Positions 50,761-64,000 are shown, counted from the first letter of the stretch. The stretch: DNA of 64,000 nt from Scyliorhinus canicula (GCF_902713615.1 NC_052146.1:293392000-293455999); one strand, 5' to 3'. Made by a program: numbers and translations. Notes: a model not told the origin generated them from the letters alone.

Positions 50761-53700
50761 GACTTCCGGTTGCAGCTATGCCTGGGTAGGTTGCACGGTC
50801 GGCAGCTCCCGCTGATAATGGACTTTCGGGCCCTTTTAAGGAGCTCCAGCAGCATTTGGTCGATGATTCCCGGTGTGGGAAGGAAGCAGTGAGGGTCCCC
50901 CAGCACTGTATGGAGTGGACCAGGAGCGGAGCGGTCAAAAAAGTGACTTTAGAGAAGAGAGGAGAACGGGCACGAAAAACAAGATGGCGGAGGGCGGGGA
51001 CCAGGCAGCGTGGGCCCAGTGGTCTCGGGAGCAGCAGGAGCTTTTAAGAAGCTGCTTTGCTGATTTGAAGGCGGAAATGTTGGCCCCTATGACGTCGTCG
51101 ATTGAAAGGTTGGTGGAGACCCAGAAGATGCAGGGGACGGCGATCAAGGAGGTGCAGCAGAAGGCCTCTGACAATGAGGACGAGATTCTGGGCCTGGCGG
51201 TCAGAGTGGAAGTGCATGAGGCGCTGCACAAAAAATGGCAGGAAAAGCTGGCAGGAGAAGCTGGAGGACCTGGAGAATAGGTTGAGGAGACAGAACCTGC
51301 GGATTCTGGGTCTCCTTGAAGGCATGGAGGGGTCGGATGCTGGGGTGTATGTGGCCATGATGCTGAGAACGCTGATGGGTGCGGGGGCCTTCCCAAGGCC
51401 CCTGGAGCTGGATGGAGCGCACAGAATCCTGGCCAGGAGGCCGAGGGCGAATGAGCCGCCGAGGGCTATGGTGGTGAGATTCCACTGCTTCACTGACAGG
51501 GAGTGTGTCCTGCGATGGGTGAAGAAGGAGCGGAGCAGCAGGTGGGAGAATACCGAGATCCGTATTTATCAGGACTGGAGTGCAGAGCTGGCCAAGAAGC
51601 GGGCAGGATTCAACCGGGCTAAGGCGGTCCTCCACGGGAAGGGGGTGAAGTTCGGTCAGTTACAGCCGGCGAGGTTGTGGGTCACATACCAGGACCGACA
51701 CCACTATTTTTTGATACGCCGGGTAAGGCGTGGACTTTCATCAAAAACGAGAAGTTGGACTTGAATTAATGGTTTGCGATATGTTATTGGGGATGTTGGT
51801 GAGGGAGAGGGGGCGATGTTTGTTTGGGTGGGGTTTCCCCCGCGTTTTCTTGGGACTGTGTGGACCCGGGGCCCTCGCGGATAGGGGTGAGGTCGCAGTT
51901 AGAGGAGCTGCACCACAGGGGGTGGGGTCGGCTCAGGCAGGGAGCGTGGCTTTTTCCCGCAAAATGGTGGGGGCGGTACCCGAAGCGGGGGGGGGGGGGG
52001 GGGGGGGGGGCGGTACTGTGTTCGATGTCCGCATTGGTTTATATGCGGGGGGGGGGGGGGGGGGGGGGGTGACTTTCTTTACCCCACTTTGGTGGGGAGG
52101 AGGACTGGAGATTTGGATGGGAAATCCAAAGGGGGATTAGAGGCAGAGGCGGGAGCGGCCGGGGTCAGCATGAGTCACCTGTCTTACGGGAGTGCAATGG
52201 GGGGGGGGGGTAAGCAGTTGCTTGGCTTGGGGAGGGGAACTGGGTTGCTACTGTGCTGATTGAGGGGTAGTTGATGGTAAGAGGGAGAGTCGGGCGGGAG
52301 CCTCCGCCTGGGGAGCTGGAGAGTGCGGGAGGCGCGGGCACATGGCTGGCCTAAAAAATGAGCTGGCTAGTTGGCTGGGGGGGGGGGGGGGGGGGGGTAG
52401 ACCCCCGATCCAGCTGATCGCATGGTTCGTGAGAGGCTTGAATGGGCCAGTCAAGAGGGCCCAGGTGTTTTTGCACTTAAAGGGGCTGAAGGCAGATGTA
52501 GGTATGCGACAGGAAACACACCTGAAGATCGCGGATCAAACCAGGCTGAGGAAGGGATGGGTGGGACAGGTTTTTCACTCAGAGCTGGATGCGAAAAACA
52601 GGGGGGTCGCAATCCTGGCGAGTAAGCGGGTGGCATTTGAGGCGGTGGCTATTGTGCCGGATATTGGGCCGATATGTGATGGTGAGTGGTAGGCTGCAGG
52701 GGGCCTGGGTGGTGCTGGTGAATGTGTATGCCCCAAACTGGGATGATGCAGGGTTCATGAAGCGGATATTGAGCCGGATCCTGGATCTGGAGGCAGGTAG
52801 TTTGATAAAGTGGGGGGGCCTTCAATACGGTTTGGGACTCGGCACTGGATCGGTCTAGATCGGGTAAGAGGCTGGCAGCGGCTAAGGTTCTGAGGGGGTT
52901 CATGGACCAGATGGGGGGAGTGGATCCGTGGAGATTTGCCAGGCCAAGGGCGAGGGAGTTTTCCTTCTTCTCCCATGTACACAAGGCTTACTCGGGAATA
53001 GATTTTTCCGTGGTAAGCAGGGTGCTAATCCTGAGAGTGGAGGGTGCGGAGTATTCAGCCATTGCGATCTCTGACCATGCCCCGTACTGGGTGGACCTGG
53101 TGATGGGGGAGGAGAGAGGCCAGCGCCCGCTGTGGCGAATGGACGTGGGGTTACTGGCGGACGGGGAGGTCTGGGGGCAGGTCCGGGGGTGCATCCAAAG
53201 ATATGTGGAGGCCAATGATAATGGGGAGGTGTCGGTGAGTGTGGTCTGGGAGGCGCTGAAGGTAGTGGTCAGGGGGGAGTTAATCTCAATCAGCGCCCAC
53301 AGGGAGAAGAGGAAGAGGATGGAGAGGGAGAGATTGGTGGGGGAGATACTGAGGGTGGATAGGAGATATGCGGAATCCCCTGCGGAGGGGTTGCTGAAGG
53401 AGCGCCGGAGCCTCCAAACGTGACTTGCTAACCACGGGCAAGGCTGAAGCCCAGTTGAGGGAGGTACAGGGAGCAGTGTATGAGTATGGGGAGAAGGCAA
53501 GTAGGATGCTGGCGCATCAGCTGCGGAAGAGGGAGGTGGCTAGGGAGATTGGGGGAATTAGGGATTGGGGGGGAACACGGTGCGGAGTCCAGCTAAAATA
53601 AACAAGGTTTTTAAGGACTTTTATGGTAAATTGTACGAGTCAGAACCCCCGGAGGGGGGGGGATGCGACAGTTCCTGGACCAACTTAGGTTTCCAAAGGT

Positions 53701-56345
53701 GGAGGGAGGGCGGTTAGAGGGATTGGGGGCTCCGATTGAAATGGAGGAGCTGGTTAAGGGGTTGGGGAGTATGCAGGCGGGCAAGGCCCTGGGGCCGGAT
53801 GGGTTCCCCGTTGAGTTCTACAGGAAGTTCTCGGAGCTGTTGGGCCCGCTGTTGCTGAGAACCTTTAACGAGGCTAAGGAAAAGGGAATGCTTCCCCCGA
53901 CGATATCGCAGGCTTTGATCTCGCTTATTCTCAAGCGTGATAAGGACCCGTTGCAATTCGGCTCCTATCGGCCGATTTCGCCCCTCAATGTGGATGCCAA
54001 GCTGTTGGCCAAGATTTTGGCCACTAGGGTTGAGGACTGTGTCCCGGGAGTGATCAATGAGGATCAGGCGGGGTTTGTGAAGGGCAGGCAGCTGAATACG
54101 AATGTGCGGAGGCTCCTGAATGTGATCATGATGCCCTCGGAGGGGGTGGGGACGCAGAGGTGGTAGCGGCAATGGACGTGGAGAAGGCCTTTGATCGGGT
54201 GGAGTGGGAGTACCTGTGGGAGGTGTTAGGCAGATTTGGGTTCGGGGAGGAATTCATAGGGTGGGTCAAATTGTTGTACCAGGCCCCGGTAGTGAGTTCT
54301 TCAACGAACCGGCGGCGGTCAGAGTATTTTAGGTTATATCGTGGAACGAGGCAGGGGTGCCCTTTGTCCCCCCTGCTGTTTGCCCTGGCGATTGAGCCGC
54401 TGGCCATGGCGTTGAGGGAGTCCAGAAACTGGAAGGGTTTGGTTCGGGGGGGAGCATCGTGTCTCACTGTATGCGGATGACCTGCTTTTGTACATTGCGG
54501 ATCTGGTGGAGGGGATGGGGGAGGTCATGCAGATTCTTAGGGATTTTGGAGACTTCTCAGGGTACAAGCTAAATGTGGGGAAAAGCAAGCTTTTTGTGGT
54601 GCATGTGAGGGGCCAGGAAAAGAGGTTGGGGGAAGCTACCACTCAAGATGGTGGAGAGGAGCTTTTGGTACTTAGGTATCCAGGTGGCCAAGAGTTGGGG
54701 GGTCTTGCACAAGCTCAATTTAGCGCGGCTGGTGGATCAGATGGAGGAGGACTTTAGGAGGTGGGACATGTTGCCACTCTCCCTGGCGGGCAGGGTGCAG
54801 TCCGTAAACATGACGGTTCTCCCTAGGTTCCTGTTCGTCTTTCAGTACCTGCCCATTCTCATCCCCAAGGCCTTCTTTAAGTGGGTAAACAGGAGTATTA
54901 CGGAATTTGTATGGGCAAATAAGACCCCGCGGGTTAAGAGACTGTTTTTGGAGCGCAGTTGGGGGGGGGGGGGGTTGGTGCTGCCGAACTTGTGCAGCTA
55001 TTACTGGGCAGCGAATGTGTCTATGATTCGGAAATGGGTAATGGAGGGAGAGGGGGTGGGGTGGAAGCGGCGTCCTGTATAGATACTAGCTTGGGGGCAC
55101 TGGTGACGGCATTGTTGCCGCTTCCAGCGACGTGGTATACCACGAGCCCGGTGGTGGCGGCGATGCTGAGGATTTGGGGGCTGTGGAGACGGCATAGGGG
55201 GGAGGTAAGGGCCTCAGTCTGGACCCGGATATGGAACAACCACAGGTTCGTTCCAGGTAGGATAGATGGTGGGTTCCTAAGTTGGCACAGGGCGGGTATC
55301 AAAAGGATGGGGGACTTGTTTATTGATGGGACCTTTGCCAGTCTGACGGCGCTGGAGGAGAAATTTGGGTTCCCCCTGGGGAATACCTTTAGGTACATGC
55401 AGGTTCGGGTGTTCGTGAAAAAGCAGGTGGGGGAATTCCCACTGCTGCCTGCCCAGATGATACAGGACAGGGTGATCTCGGGCGTGTGGGTAGGGGCCTG
55501 CAAGATATCGGAAATATATCAGGAGCTGCAGGAGGTGGAAGAGCTGAAGGGCAAGTGGGAGGAGGAGCTGAGTGAGGGCCTGTGGGCTGATGCCCTGGGC
55601 AGGGTCAATTCCTCCTCTTCTTGCGCCAGGCTTAGCCTGATTCAGTTTAAGGTGGTCCACCGGGCGCATATGACAGGGGCGAGAATGAGTAAGTATTTTG
55701 GGGTAGAGGACAGGTGTGTGAGGTGCTCAGGGAGCCCAGCAAACCACTCCCATATGTTCTGGACATGCCCGGCACTTAAGGAATTTTGGAAAGGCTTTGC
55801 AAAGTTTATGTCCAAGGTCTTGGATACTCGGGTAAAACCGAGCTGGGGGACGGCGATATTTAGGGTATCGGACGATCCGGGAGTGCAGGAGTCGAAAGAG
55901 GCCGGAGTTCTGGCCTTTGCCTCCTTGGTAGCCTGGAGACGGCTCTTGTTAATGTGGAGGGACGTGAATCCCCCAAGCGTGGAGGCTTGGGTCAGTGACA
56001 TGGCGGGGTTTGTCAGGTTGGAGAAGATAAAGTTTGTCTTGCGAGGGTCCTTGCAGGGGTTCTCCAGGCGGTGGCAACCGTTCCTTGACTTTCTCGCGGA
56101 AAGTTAGGTGGAGGTCAGCAGCAGCAGCAGCAGCAGCAGCAACCCAGAGGGAGGGGGGGGGTCGGTTGATTTCATGTTATTTGTAAGGGGCAGATGCCCC
56201 ACTTTGCTTTGTTTTGTTTGTTATATTTTTAGTTGGTTAGAGGGTTAAGTTGTTTTTGTTGATGTATTGCTTTGCATTATTTTCTCTTTTGAAGTGTTAT
56301 GTAAAAATTATTGAAAAATTTGGAATAAAAACATGTTTTTAAAAA
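50761..56345 (+). mobile_element. Full-length L1-clade LINE (~5.6 kb) in SMYD3 intron 1; ORFs disrupted
   Basis: 15-bp TSD AAGAGTCAACCACAG (50746-50760 / 56346-56360) preceded by TT; ORF1 LEDLENRLRRQNLRILG; APE endonuclease (QETHL, ISDHAP), RT (GTRQGCPLSP, YADD), C-terminal CxxC..H..WxC; AATAAA plus A tail. Confidence 0.95.
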
Positions 56346-56659
56346 AAGAGTCAACCACAGTGCTCTGGCTCTGAAGTCACATGTCGGCCACATCAGGCAA
56401 GGATGGCAGAGTTCCTTCCCCAAAGGACATGAGTGAACCAGATTTGGTTTTACACAGTCTGATGGTTTCATGATCACTATTAAAGATTTTAATTCCATGC
56501 TGGGACTTGAACTCCTACTTCTGGATGCCTACTCATCCAGTAACATAACCATTATTCAACAGTGTTTGTGTTTATCTGAATTCTAGAACCACTGGGAACA
56601 AGTTGGAATTATCAGCGAAATGGTGGCATAATGGTAATGTCACTGACCTGATAATCCAG

Positions 56660-56851
56660 AGGGGCTGGTTTAGCATAGGGCTAAATCACTGGCTTTTAAA
56701 GCAGACCAAGGCAGGCCAGCAGCACGGTTCAATTCCCGTACCAGCCTCCGCGAATAGGCGCCGGAATGTGGCGACTAAGGGCTTTTCACAGTAACTTCAT
56801 TGAAGCCTACTTGTGACAATAAGCGATTTTCATTTCATTTCATTTCATTTC
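56660..56851 (+). mobile_element. Short SINE with (TTTCA)n tail subfamily
   Basis: GGCGCCGGAATGTGGCGACTA..TCACAGTAACTT..AAGCCTAC tail. Related tails at ~14503, 17398, 27800, 29168, 34230, 39360, 46035, 62442. Confidence 0.85.
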
Positions 56852-56869
56852 AGAGGCCCAGGATAATAG

Positions 56870-59550
56870 GCTCAAATCAGGTTCAAGTAAAATCGGTTTG
56901 GGTGTAGATGAAGAATAGTCAGGGAAATAAGTCATGAGTGGGACAGGTCTACAGATCCCCCAACAGTTACCACAATGTAAAGCAAATTTATAGAAGAAAA
57001 AATATTGTATGCTTGTGATAAGGGCAATGATCATACAAACTGGAAAAATCAAATTGGCAGTAGTAGCCTGATGAGAATTCCGAGAATGCTTTCGAGATAG
57101 TTTCTTCAAGACTTGCTAATGATAATATGACAGGATTAATTAATGATCTCAGTAATGGCACCTCTAGCTAGCTGCAACCTCAACATAACTGAATATTACA
57201 TCCAATTTGAAAGGGAGAAGAGTGGGCCTAAGACTAGTATTTAAAACTTAAATAAAGGCACCTATGTGGGCATGAAAGCGGATCGAGCTGAGGTGACAGG
57301 ATAGATCAATAGAAAAGCAGTGGCAGACATTTTAGTTTTTTCTCGCATATTCCTTCTAAAGAGAGAAATTCTAAAGGGTGGACCACCATGAATGATGAAC
57401 TAAAGAAGTTAAGGAAAGTTAGTTCTTTGCCTTGGCTATAGATCACTGGCAATGGCGCTGAGAGCATCAAGGGAATGGCTGGGGATAGTATGGTGCGGGG
57501 GTGGAGTATAGAGTTTCACTGTAAGCGGATGACTTGCTGCTGTATATTTCAGACCCATTGGAAAGTATTGGAAGGATTGAGGATTTTGGAGGAATTCGAC
57601 TGGTATAAATTGAATATGGGGAAGAGCGAGGTTTTTCTGATCCAAGTAAGGGGGCAGCAGAAGAGGCTGGGGGAGTTGCCATTTAGGGTGGTGGGGGGGA
57701 ACTTTCGGTACTTGGGCATTAAAGTGGGGTGAGGGTGGGAGCAGCTGCACAAGCTGAATCTGGCTTGATGGATGGAACAGATGAAGGGGGACTTCAGGAG
57801 GTGAATGTGCTCCAGCTGTCAATGACGGGGCGGCTGCAATCGGTCAAAATGATGGTCCTCCCAAGCTTCTTGTTCGTGTTACAGAATCTCCCGATTTTGA
57901 TTCCTAAGGCTTTCTTTAGGAGGGTGAATGTGATGATTTCAGGGTTTGATTGTGTGGACAAAGACTCGTTGTGTGCTAGGCGTAGCCGTATCCATTTTAA
58001 GGTGGTCAACAGGGCGCATATGAATATGGCCAGGATGAGCAGGTTTTTTGAAGGGGCGGAGGATAGGTGTGGGCGGTGGGGGGGCACACATCTTGTCCAC
58101 ATATTTTGGGCATGTCCAAAGCTTGGGGGATTCTGGAAGGGGTTTGCCGACATTATGTCGGAGGTCCTGAAGATGAAGATGGCCCCGAGTCCAGAAGTAG
58201 CGATCTTCGGTGTGTCGGGAGACCTGGGAGTCCAGGGGATGAGCGAGGCCGATGTCTTGGTTACCCAGAGATGGATATTGTTGGAATAGAGGGGGGGGGG
58301 GGGGGGGGGGGAGGTGAACTGGCGCAGTTTCTCGGGTTAGAAAAAATAAAGTTTACCTTGAGGGGTTCTATGAAGGGGTCTGCCCGGAGGTGGCAGTCGT
58401 TTATCAACTTCTCCAGGAAAGGTTCAGATGTCAGCAGGGGGAGGGGGCGCGCAGCATTAAAATGGAGAGGCAGGGGAGTTGGCAAGTGGGGGACATGATG
58501 GGGTATTTTGTTGAGTTATTTGCAGTCTTGTCAGCTTGTTTTGTTTGGTGATTATGTTTGTTGTATGAATATCTAAATGCCTCAATAAAATATTTTAAAA
58601 AATAATTAAGAATAGTATCAAACTTAAGGGAAACGCATATAACTGCGCAAACATGAGTGGCAGGTCAGATGTTTAGTCACAATATAGAGAAGGGCAGAGA
58701 ATGGCTAAAACGTTAATCAGGAAAAATAAATTACAATATGAGAGGAAGCTAGCGAGAAATATAAAAACTGATAGGAGTTTTTGCAGGTATTCAAAAAGGA
58801 AATGAGTAAGTTAAGTGAGTGGTACTCTGGAGAGTGAGACTGGGGAGTTAACAGTAGATAATAAGGAGATGGCAGATGAAATGAACAAATATTCTGTTTT
58901 TGCTATTACAGGATAGAAAAACCATTCCGACAATAGCTGTAAATCGGGAGGTGGAAGGGAGAGAGGAACTTGGTGAAATTACTATCACTAGGGAAGCAGT
59001 ACTGAGCAAACTAATGGAGCTGTGGGCTGACAGGTCTCCAGGTACAGATAGACTTCATCCTAGGGTCTTAAAAGCGAAGCTAATGAGACAGTCAATGTGT
59101 TAGTGTTCATTTTCCAAAATTTGTGAGATTCTGGAAAGGTTGCATCAGACTGGAAAGTAGCAAATGTGATCCCTCTATTCAGGAAGGGAGGGAGCAGAAA
59201 ACTGGAAATTATAGGCCAATTAGCATGACGTCTGTCATGGGGAAGGTGCCAGCATCAATCATTCAGGAGGTTATAGATGGGCACTTAGAAAAGCTCACGG
59301 TAATCAGGAAGAGTCAGTAAGGTTTTGTGAAAGGGAAATCATGTTTTGACCAATTTATTGGAGTTCTTTGAAGGAGTAACATGTGCTGTGGATAAAGGAG
59401 AGCCTGTAGATGTACTGTAGTTGGATTTCTACAAAGCATTTGAGAAGAGATTGCATCAAAGGTTATTGTGGAAAATAAAAGCTCATGGTATAGGGGGTAA
59501 CATATTAGCCTGGATAGAAGATTGGCTGGATGGCAGAGTATGCATAAATG
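56870..59550 (+). mobile_element. Old CR1 interrupted by L1 and truncated by Rex1
   Basis: SPGTDRLHPRVLK, GNYRPIS, DFYKAF, ILAWIEDWL. Confidence 0.8.
57425..58602 (+). mobile_element. Degenerate, internally deleted L1 ORF2/3' fragment nested in CR1
   Basis: YKLNMGKSE, FRYLGI, HIFWACP motifs; AATAAA plus A tail. Confidence 0.85.
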
Positions 59551-59552
59551 TA

Positions 59553-61582
59553 GGCACCCTTAATGTTTGTGTAGCAGTGGTCAAGGATTTTGGGGCCCCT
59601 GGTGGGACAGAAGATGTGTTGGTGGAATTTTGGCAGTACACTCTTGAGGTTGGCCTGGTTGAAGTCCTCGGCCATGATAACAAAGCCTCTGGGTTTTCCG
59701 TTTCACTGTTATTTATAGCAGTGTACAATTCATCAAGCACCTTCTTCACCTCTGCCTGGAGTGGGATGTAGACCGCTGTGATAATGGCAGAAGTGAACTC
59801 CCATGGACGATAGAACGGGCACACTTTGGAAAATCGTACCACATGGTGCTCCTTCTCCCGGTATACAAGCAGAAACTTAAGCGCGAGAATTCGGTTACGA
59901 AGGTCGTGCAATGTTGGTCCAAGGGAACGGAAGAGCTTCAACACAATTGTTTGGAGTCACTGGACTCGCCCATATTCAACAATTCAGCGGCCAACCTAGA
60001 TATGTTACCACCGTCACAGACTTTATCTTCACTTATCTGCAAGTGAGTTGACGATCGCGTGCCAAAGAATGTAGTACATGATTTCCCCAACCGGAAAGCA
60101 TGGTTTAAGTGGCAGATCCACTCCCTACTGAAGTCCAGGTCTGAAACGTTCAAGGCAGGCGACCCTCACATATACAAAAATCCAGGTACGACCTTCACAA
60201 AGCCATCTGGGACGCCAAGAGACAATTCCAGACTAACGACACGGACTCTCGTCGGTTGTGGCAAGGCTTAAACAACACAATGGGCTGCAAAGTAAAGCCG
60301 AGTAGAATCTGCGGCAGCAGCGCACCTCCTCAATGAACCTAATACATTCTATGTTCATCGGTTTGAACAGGATGCCAATAAATCGCTGTCAACTTCCCCA
60401 ACAGCCTGGGACATACCCATATCTACCGTCACAGCTTCAGATGTTAGATCGGCCTTCTTGAAAGTGAACCCCAGAAAGCAATGGGTCCTGATGGAGTCGT
60501 CCCTGGTCGTGCACTCAGTTCCTGCATGGACCAACTGGCGGGTGTGTTCGAGGCCATCTTCAATTTCTCCCTACTCCATTCTGAGGTTCCCAACTGCTTC
60601 AAGAAGACCACCATCATACAGGTGCCAAAGAAAAACCAGGCAATGTGCCTCAATGACTACTGTCCGATGGTCTTGACATCTATCATTATGAAATACTTCG
60701 AGAGGTTGGCCATGAGACACATCAACTCCATACTCCCAGAATGCTTTGTTCCCCTGCAATTTGCATACCGCCACAACTGATCCACAGCAGACGCCATTTC
60801 CCTGGCCCTACACTCCTCCCTGGAGCATCTCAACAACAAGGACTCCTCCGTCATACTCCTATTCACTGACTACAGCTCCGCCTTCAACACCATAATCCCA
60901 GCCAAGCTCATATCAAAACTCCAAAACATAGGACTTGGCTCCTCCCTCTGCAACTGGATCCTTAACCCTGACCTATAGACCACAATCAGTAAGGATAAAC
61001 AACAACATCTCCTCCATGATAGTCCTCAATACCGGGGCCCCGTAAGGCTGCGTACTTGGCCCCCTACTATACTCCTTATACAGACACTGTGTGGCAAAAG
61101 TTGGCTCCAACTCCATCTACAAGTTTGCTGATGACAAACCTTAGTGGGTCGGATCTATAACAATGATGAATCAGACTACAGGAGGGAGATAAGAGAACCT
61201 AGTGGCGTGAATTAACGACAACAATCTCTCCCTCAATGTCAGCAAAACTAAGGAGCTGGCCATCGACTTCAGGAAGCGAAGTATCATGCACACTCCTGTC
61301 TTCATCAATGGTGCCGAGGTGGAGATGGTTGACAGCTTCACATTCCTAGGTGTACACATTACCAACAATCTGTCCTGGTCCATTCACATAGGGGCTATGA
61401 TCAAGAAAGCACAACAGCACCTATACTTTCTCGGGGAACTAAGGAAATTTGGCATGTCCACATTGACTCTTAGCAATTTTTACAGATGCACCATAGAAAG
61501 CATCCTATCTGGCTGCATCACAGCTGGGGATGGCAACTGCTTGGCCCAAGACCGCAAGAAACTTCAGAGAGTCGTCAACAGA
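59553..61582 (+). mobile_element. Rex1/Babar LINE with inverted 5' segment
   Basis: HFGKSx[42 protein letters not shown]; endonuclease piece on the minus strand at 59553-~59825. Confidence 0.88.
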
Positions 61583-62262
61583 GCTGGAAAAGGCCTCAAA
61601 AGACCAGAGACACTGGATCGTCGCCCTGGAGATGGAGATAGCGAGGTTGGAGACAACACAGGGGAGCCTAAAGGGGCGGATAGAAGACCTGGAGAACCTG
61701 TCGCGGTGCCAAATTCTGAGGATAGTGGGCCTGCCGGAGGGAACTGAAGACAGGAACTCCACCGACTGCGTGGCCCAGATGCTGGGAAACCTGGTGGGAA
61801 GGGACAGCTTCCTCAACCTGACAGAAAGAGACAGAGCCCATCGGTCGCTCCGGCCGAAACTCGGGGCCGGGGAGCAGCCGAGGGCCATAATTGCCAAAAT
61901 GCACCAGGACCAGGAAAGAATCCTGCGCTGGGCCAGGCAGGCAAAGACCTGCAACTGGGAGGGACCCGGATATACCAGGACATTGGGGCGGACCTGGCCA
62001 AGCACCGGGCTGAGTTTAACAGAGTAAAGGTAGCCCATGTGAGGTGACGTTTGAGATGCTATACCCAGCCAAATTGTGGGTTGTTTTCAGGGCAGGGAAC
62101 ATGAAATTCGTGCAAGAAGACAGCAACATGAGCAACGATGAAAAGGTCACCCGGATAGACTGAAATGCTAAAAGACGAAGAAAAGCAGTGAGCAAAGGGG
62201 AGGCTTATAGTGACCCCAAGAAGGGGGCCACCACACCAGTGGGAAAGCTAGCGCTCCGAGTG

Positions 62263-62299
<37 letters not shown>

Positions 62300-64000
62300 C
62301 GGGGGGCGAGGGGCGGGTGCCACGCATCCTGCAAACATCCACTTTAGAGGGTCCCCAAACAAAGGGAAACCTCAGAGTGCAAGGTTCACCCACATGGTGT
62401 ACACATAGTTGGCGGCCAGGTTGAGTGGCGCCTGGACAATAAATGAAATGAAAATCGCTTATTGTCACGAGTAGGCTTCAAATGGAGTTACTGTGAAAAG
62501 CCCCTAGTCGCCACATTCCGGCGCCTGTTCGGGGAGGCTGGTACGGGACAAAGGTAAACCCCAGAGCGCAGGGGCCCAGTATCATGGTGACCATGATCAT
62601 ATCGGATGGCCCACTAACAAAGGGAAGCCCTGGAGTGCAGGGGCGCATCCACCAGGTATGGTTGATCCCGCAGGAGGAGGCAGACAGACCCCCCCCCCCC
62701 CCCAATTAGTCACCTGGAACGTTAGGGGACTTAACCCAGTGAAAGATTCAGAGTCTTCGCCCACCTGAAAAGTATGAAAGCAGACATAGAGTTCCTCCAA
62801 AAGACGCACCCGAGGGAGAAGGTCTGATTGCGGGTAAGGAATGGCTGGGTGGGACAGATTTACTATTCTTCCTACGGGACGAGAGCTGGGGAGTAGCCAT
62901 ACTGCTTAATAGGAGGACAGCATTTACCACAATGAGGACACGGATCTAAGGGGGATGGTATGTCATGGTCAGCGTTGTACTGGAAGGGGCACCAGTAGTC
63001 GTTAATGTGAACGCTCCCAACTGGAATGACATGGAGTTCATAAAGAAGTCCATGGGGGAAATACCTGACCTAGACATTCCCTGACTAATCATGGGGTGAG
63101 GGGGGGGGGGGGAAGGAGACTTTAACTGTGTACGGGACCCACAGACGGACAGATCGAGCCCCAAACCGGGGAAGACCTCCAATATGGCGAAAGAACTAGG
63201 TTTGTGAATGGAGCAGATGGGGGCAGTGGACCCGCCGAGGTTCACACCTCCCAGGGGAGAAGGAGTTCTCCTTGTCCCAGGTACACAAGGTATAAACACG
63301 CATTGACATCTTTGTGGTGAGAGTGGAATACTCCGCGATCGTAGTGGACTCGAGGTTGGAGATGGGCCGTTCCCAACGTTCCGCATTTACCCCCCCCCCC
63401 CAATGGAGGTTCCACACCAGAATGATGAGGTCTCTCCCTCCCCGTTCTGGGAGATGCTGAAGGCTGTGGTTAGGAGCGCGTTTACCGTTTATAAAGCGTG
63501 TAGAGACTGGCAGGAGAGGGTGGCCAGGCAACAACTGGTCGACTCCATGTGTGTGTCTGTGTTCCGGGCATGCCCCAGGCTGGTCGAGTTCTGGACAGCC
63601 TTCTTTGAGGCAATGTCCAGGGTTGCGAGGGTGAAACCGAGCCCAAAAGGGGTGATGCCCTAGCCTTTGCCTCCCTAATCGCCCGCTGAAGATTCCTGCT
63701 CGGCTGGCGAAATCAAATTAACCACGTTGGGGGGATCGGAGCAGGGCTTCCACAAGACGTGGAAGCCATTCACCAACTTGTTTCAGGACCTGTTTGTAGC
63801 CAACAGCTCAGGGGGGGGGGGATGCACAGATTGACCACAAAGCACAAAGGAAACAGAAGGGAGGGGGGAAGGGGGTGGGGCGGAAACCAACAGGCAGACA
63901 GTGGAAGTTCGGATTCGCAGCCAGGAATCAGGAAAAGCAGGGTCAAAGGATTCTAGGGCACAGCAAAAGTGTATATATACACCAACCACATCCTGCGGGG
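61583..64000 (+). mobile_element. Degenerate L1 (ORF1, endonuclease and 3' fragments)
   Basis: RIEDLENLSRCQILRIVGLPEG, NVNAPN, DFNC, LVEFWTAFFEAMS; SINE inserted at ~62442-62548. Confidence 0.85.

Noticed and set aside
61286-61747. 153-aa chimeric ORF
   Set aside because: It is a Rex1 RT tail running into an out-of-frame L1 ORF1 at an insertion junction.
48965-64000. SMYD3 exon 2
   Set aside because: I found no MYND-continuing exon; the region is almost all nested transposons, so exon 2 probably lies beyond the window.

Overview
Repeat-dense vertebrate DNA, most likely a shark such as the catshark Scyliorhinus (inferred from HE1/V-SINE-like SINEs, CR1, Rex1/Babar, G-run-rich L1 and Penelope-like palindromes). 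Host genes: (1) a complete TFB2M on the minus strand, with 8 coding exons from 30593 to 10254 (about 436 aa) and a probable non-coding first exon/CpG promoter near 37.7-38.2 kb; (2) coding exon 1 of SMYD3 on the plus strand (48804-48964), whose intron 1 fills the rest of the window; (3) a CpG-island 5' end of a minus-strand gene near 4.5-4.9 kb, possibly CNST by synteny. Between TFB2M and SMYD3 lie a ~38-bp C/T minisatellite, a deleted Gypsy LTR element and an intronless, internally deleted hnRNP D/AB/DL-family copy with promoter-like sequence. The most notable observations are a Penelope-like palindromic element with a hammerhead-like core that carries ~400 bp of neighbouring TFB2M intron at its symmetry axis, TFB2M apparently inverted relative to the human arrangement, an unexplained decayed two-ORF region at 64-1076 (possibly viral), and several templated micro-duplications. 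Repeat family names were assigned by eye from protein motifs; repeat boundaries are approximate unless a target-site duplication (TSD) is quoted.
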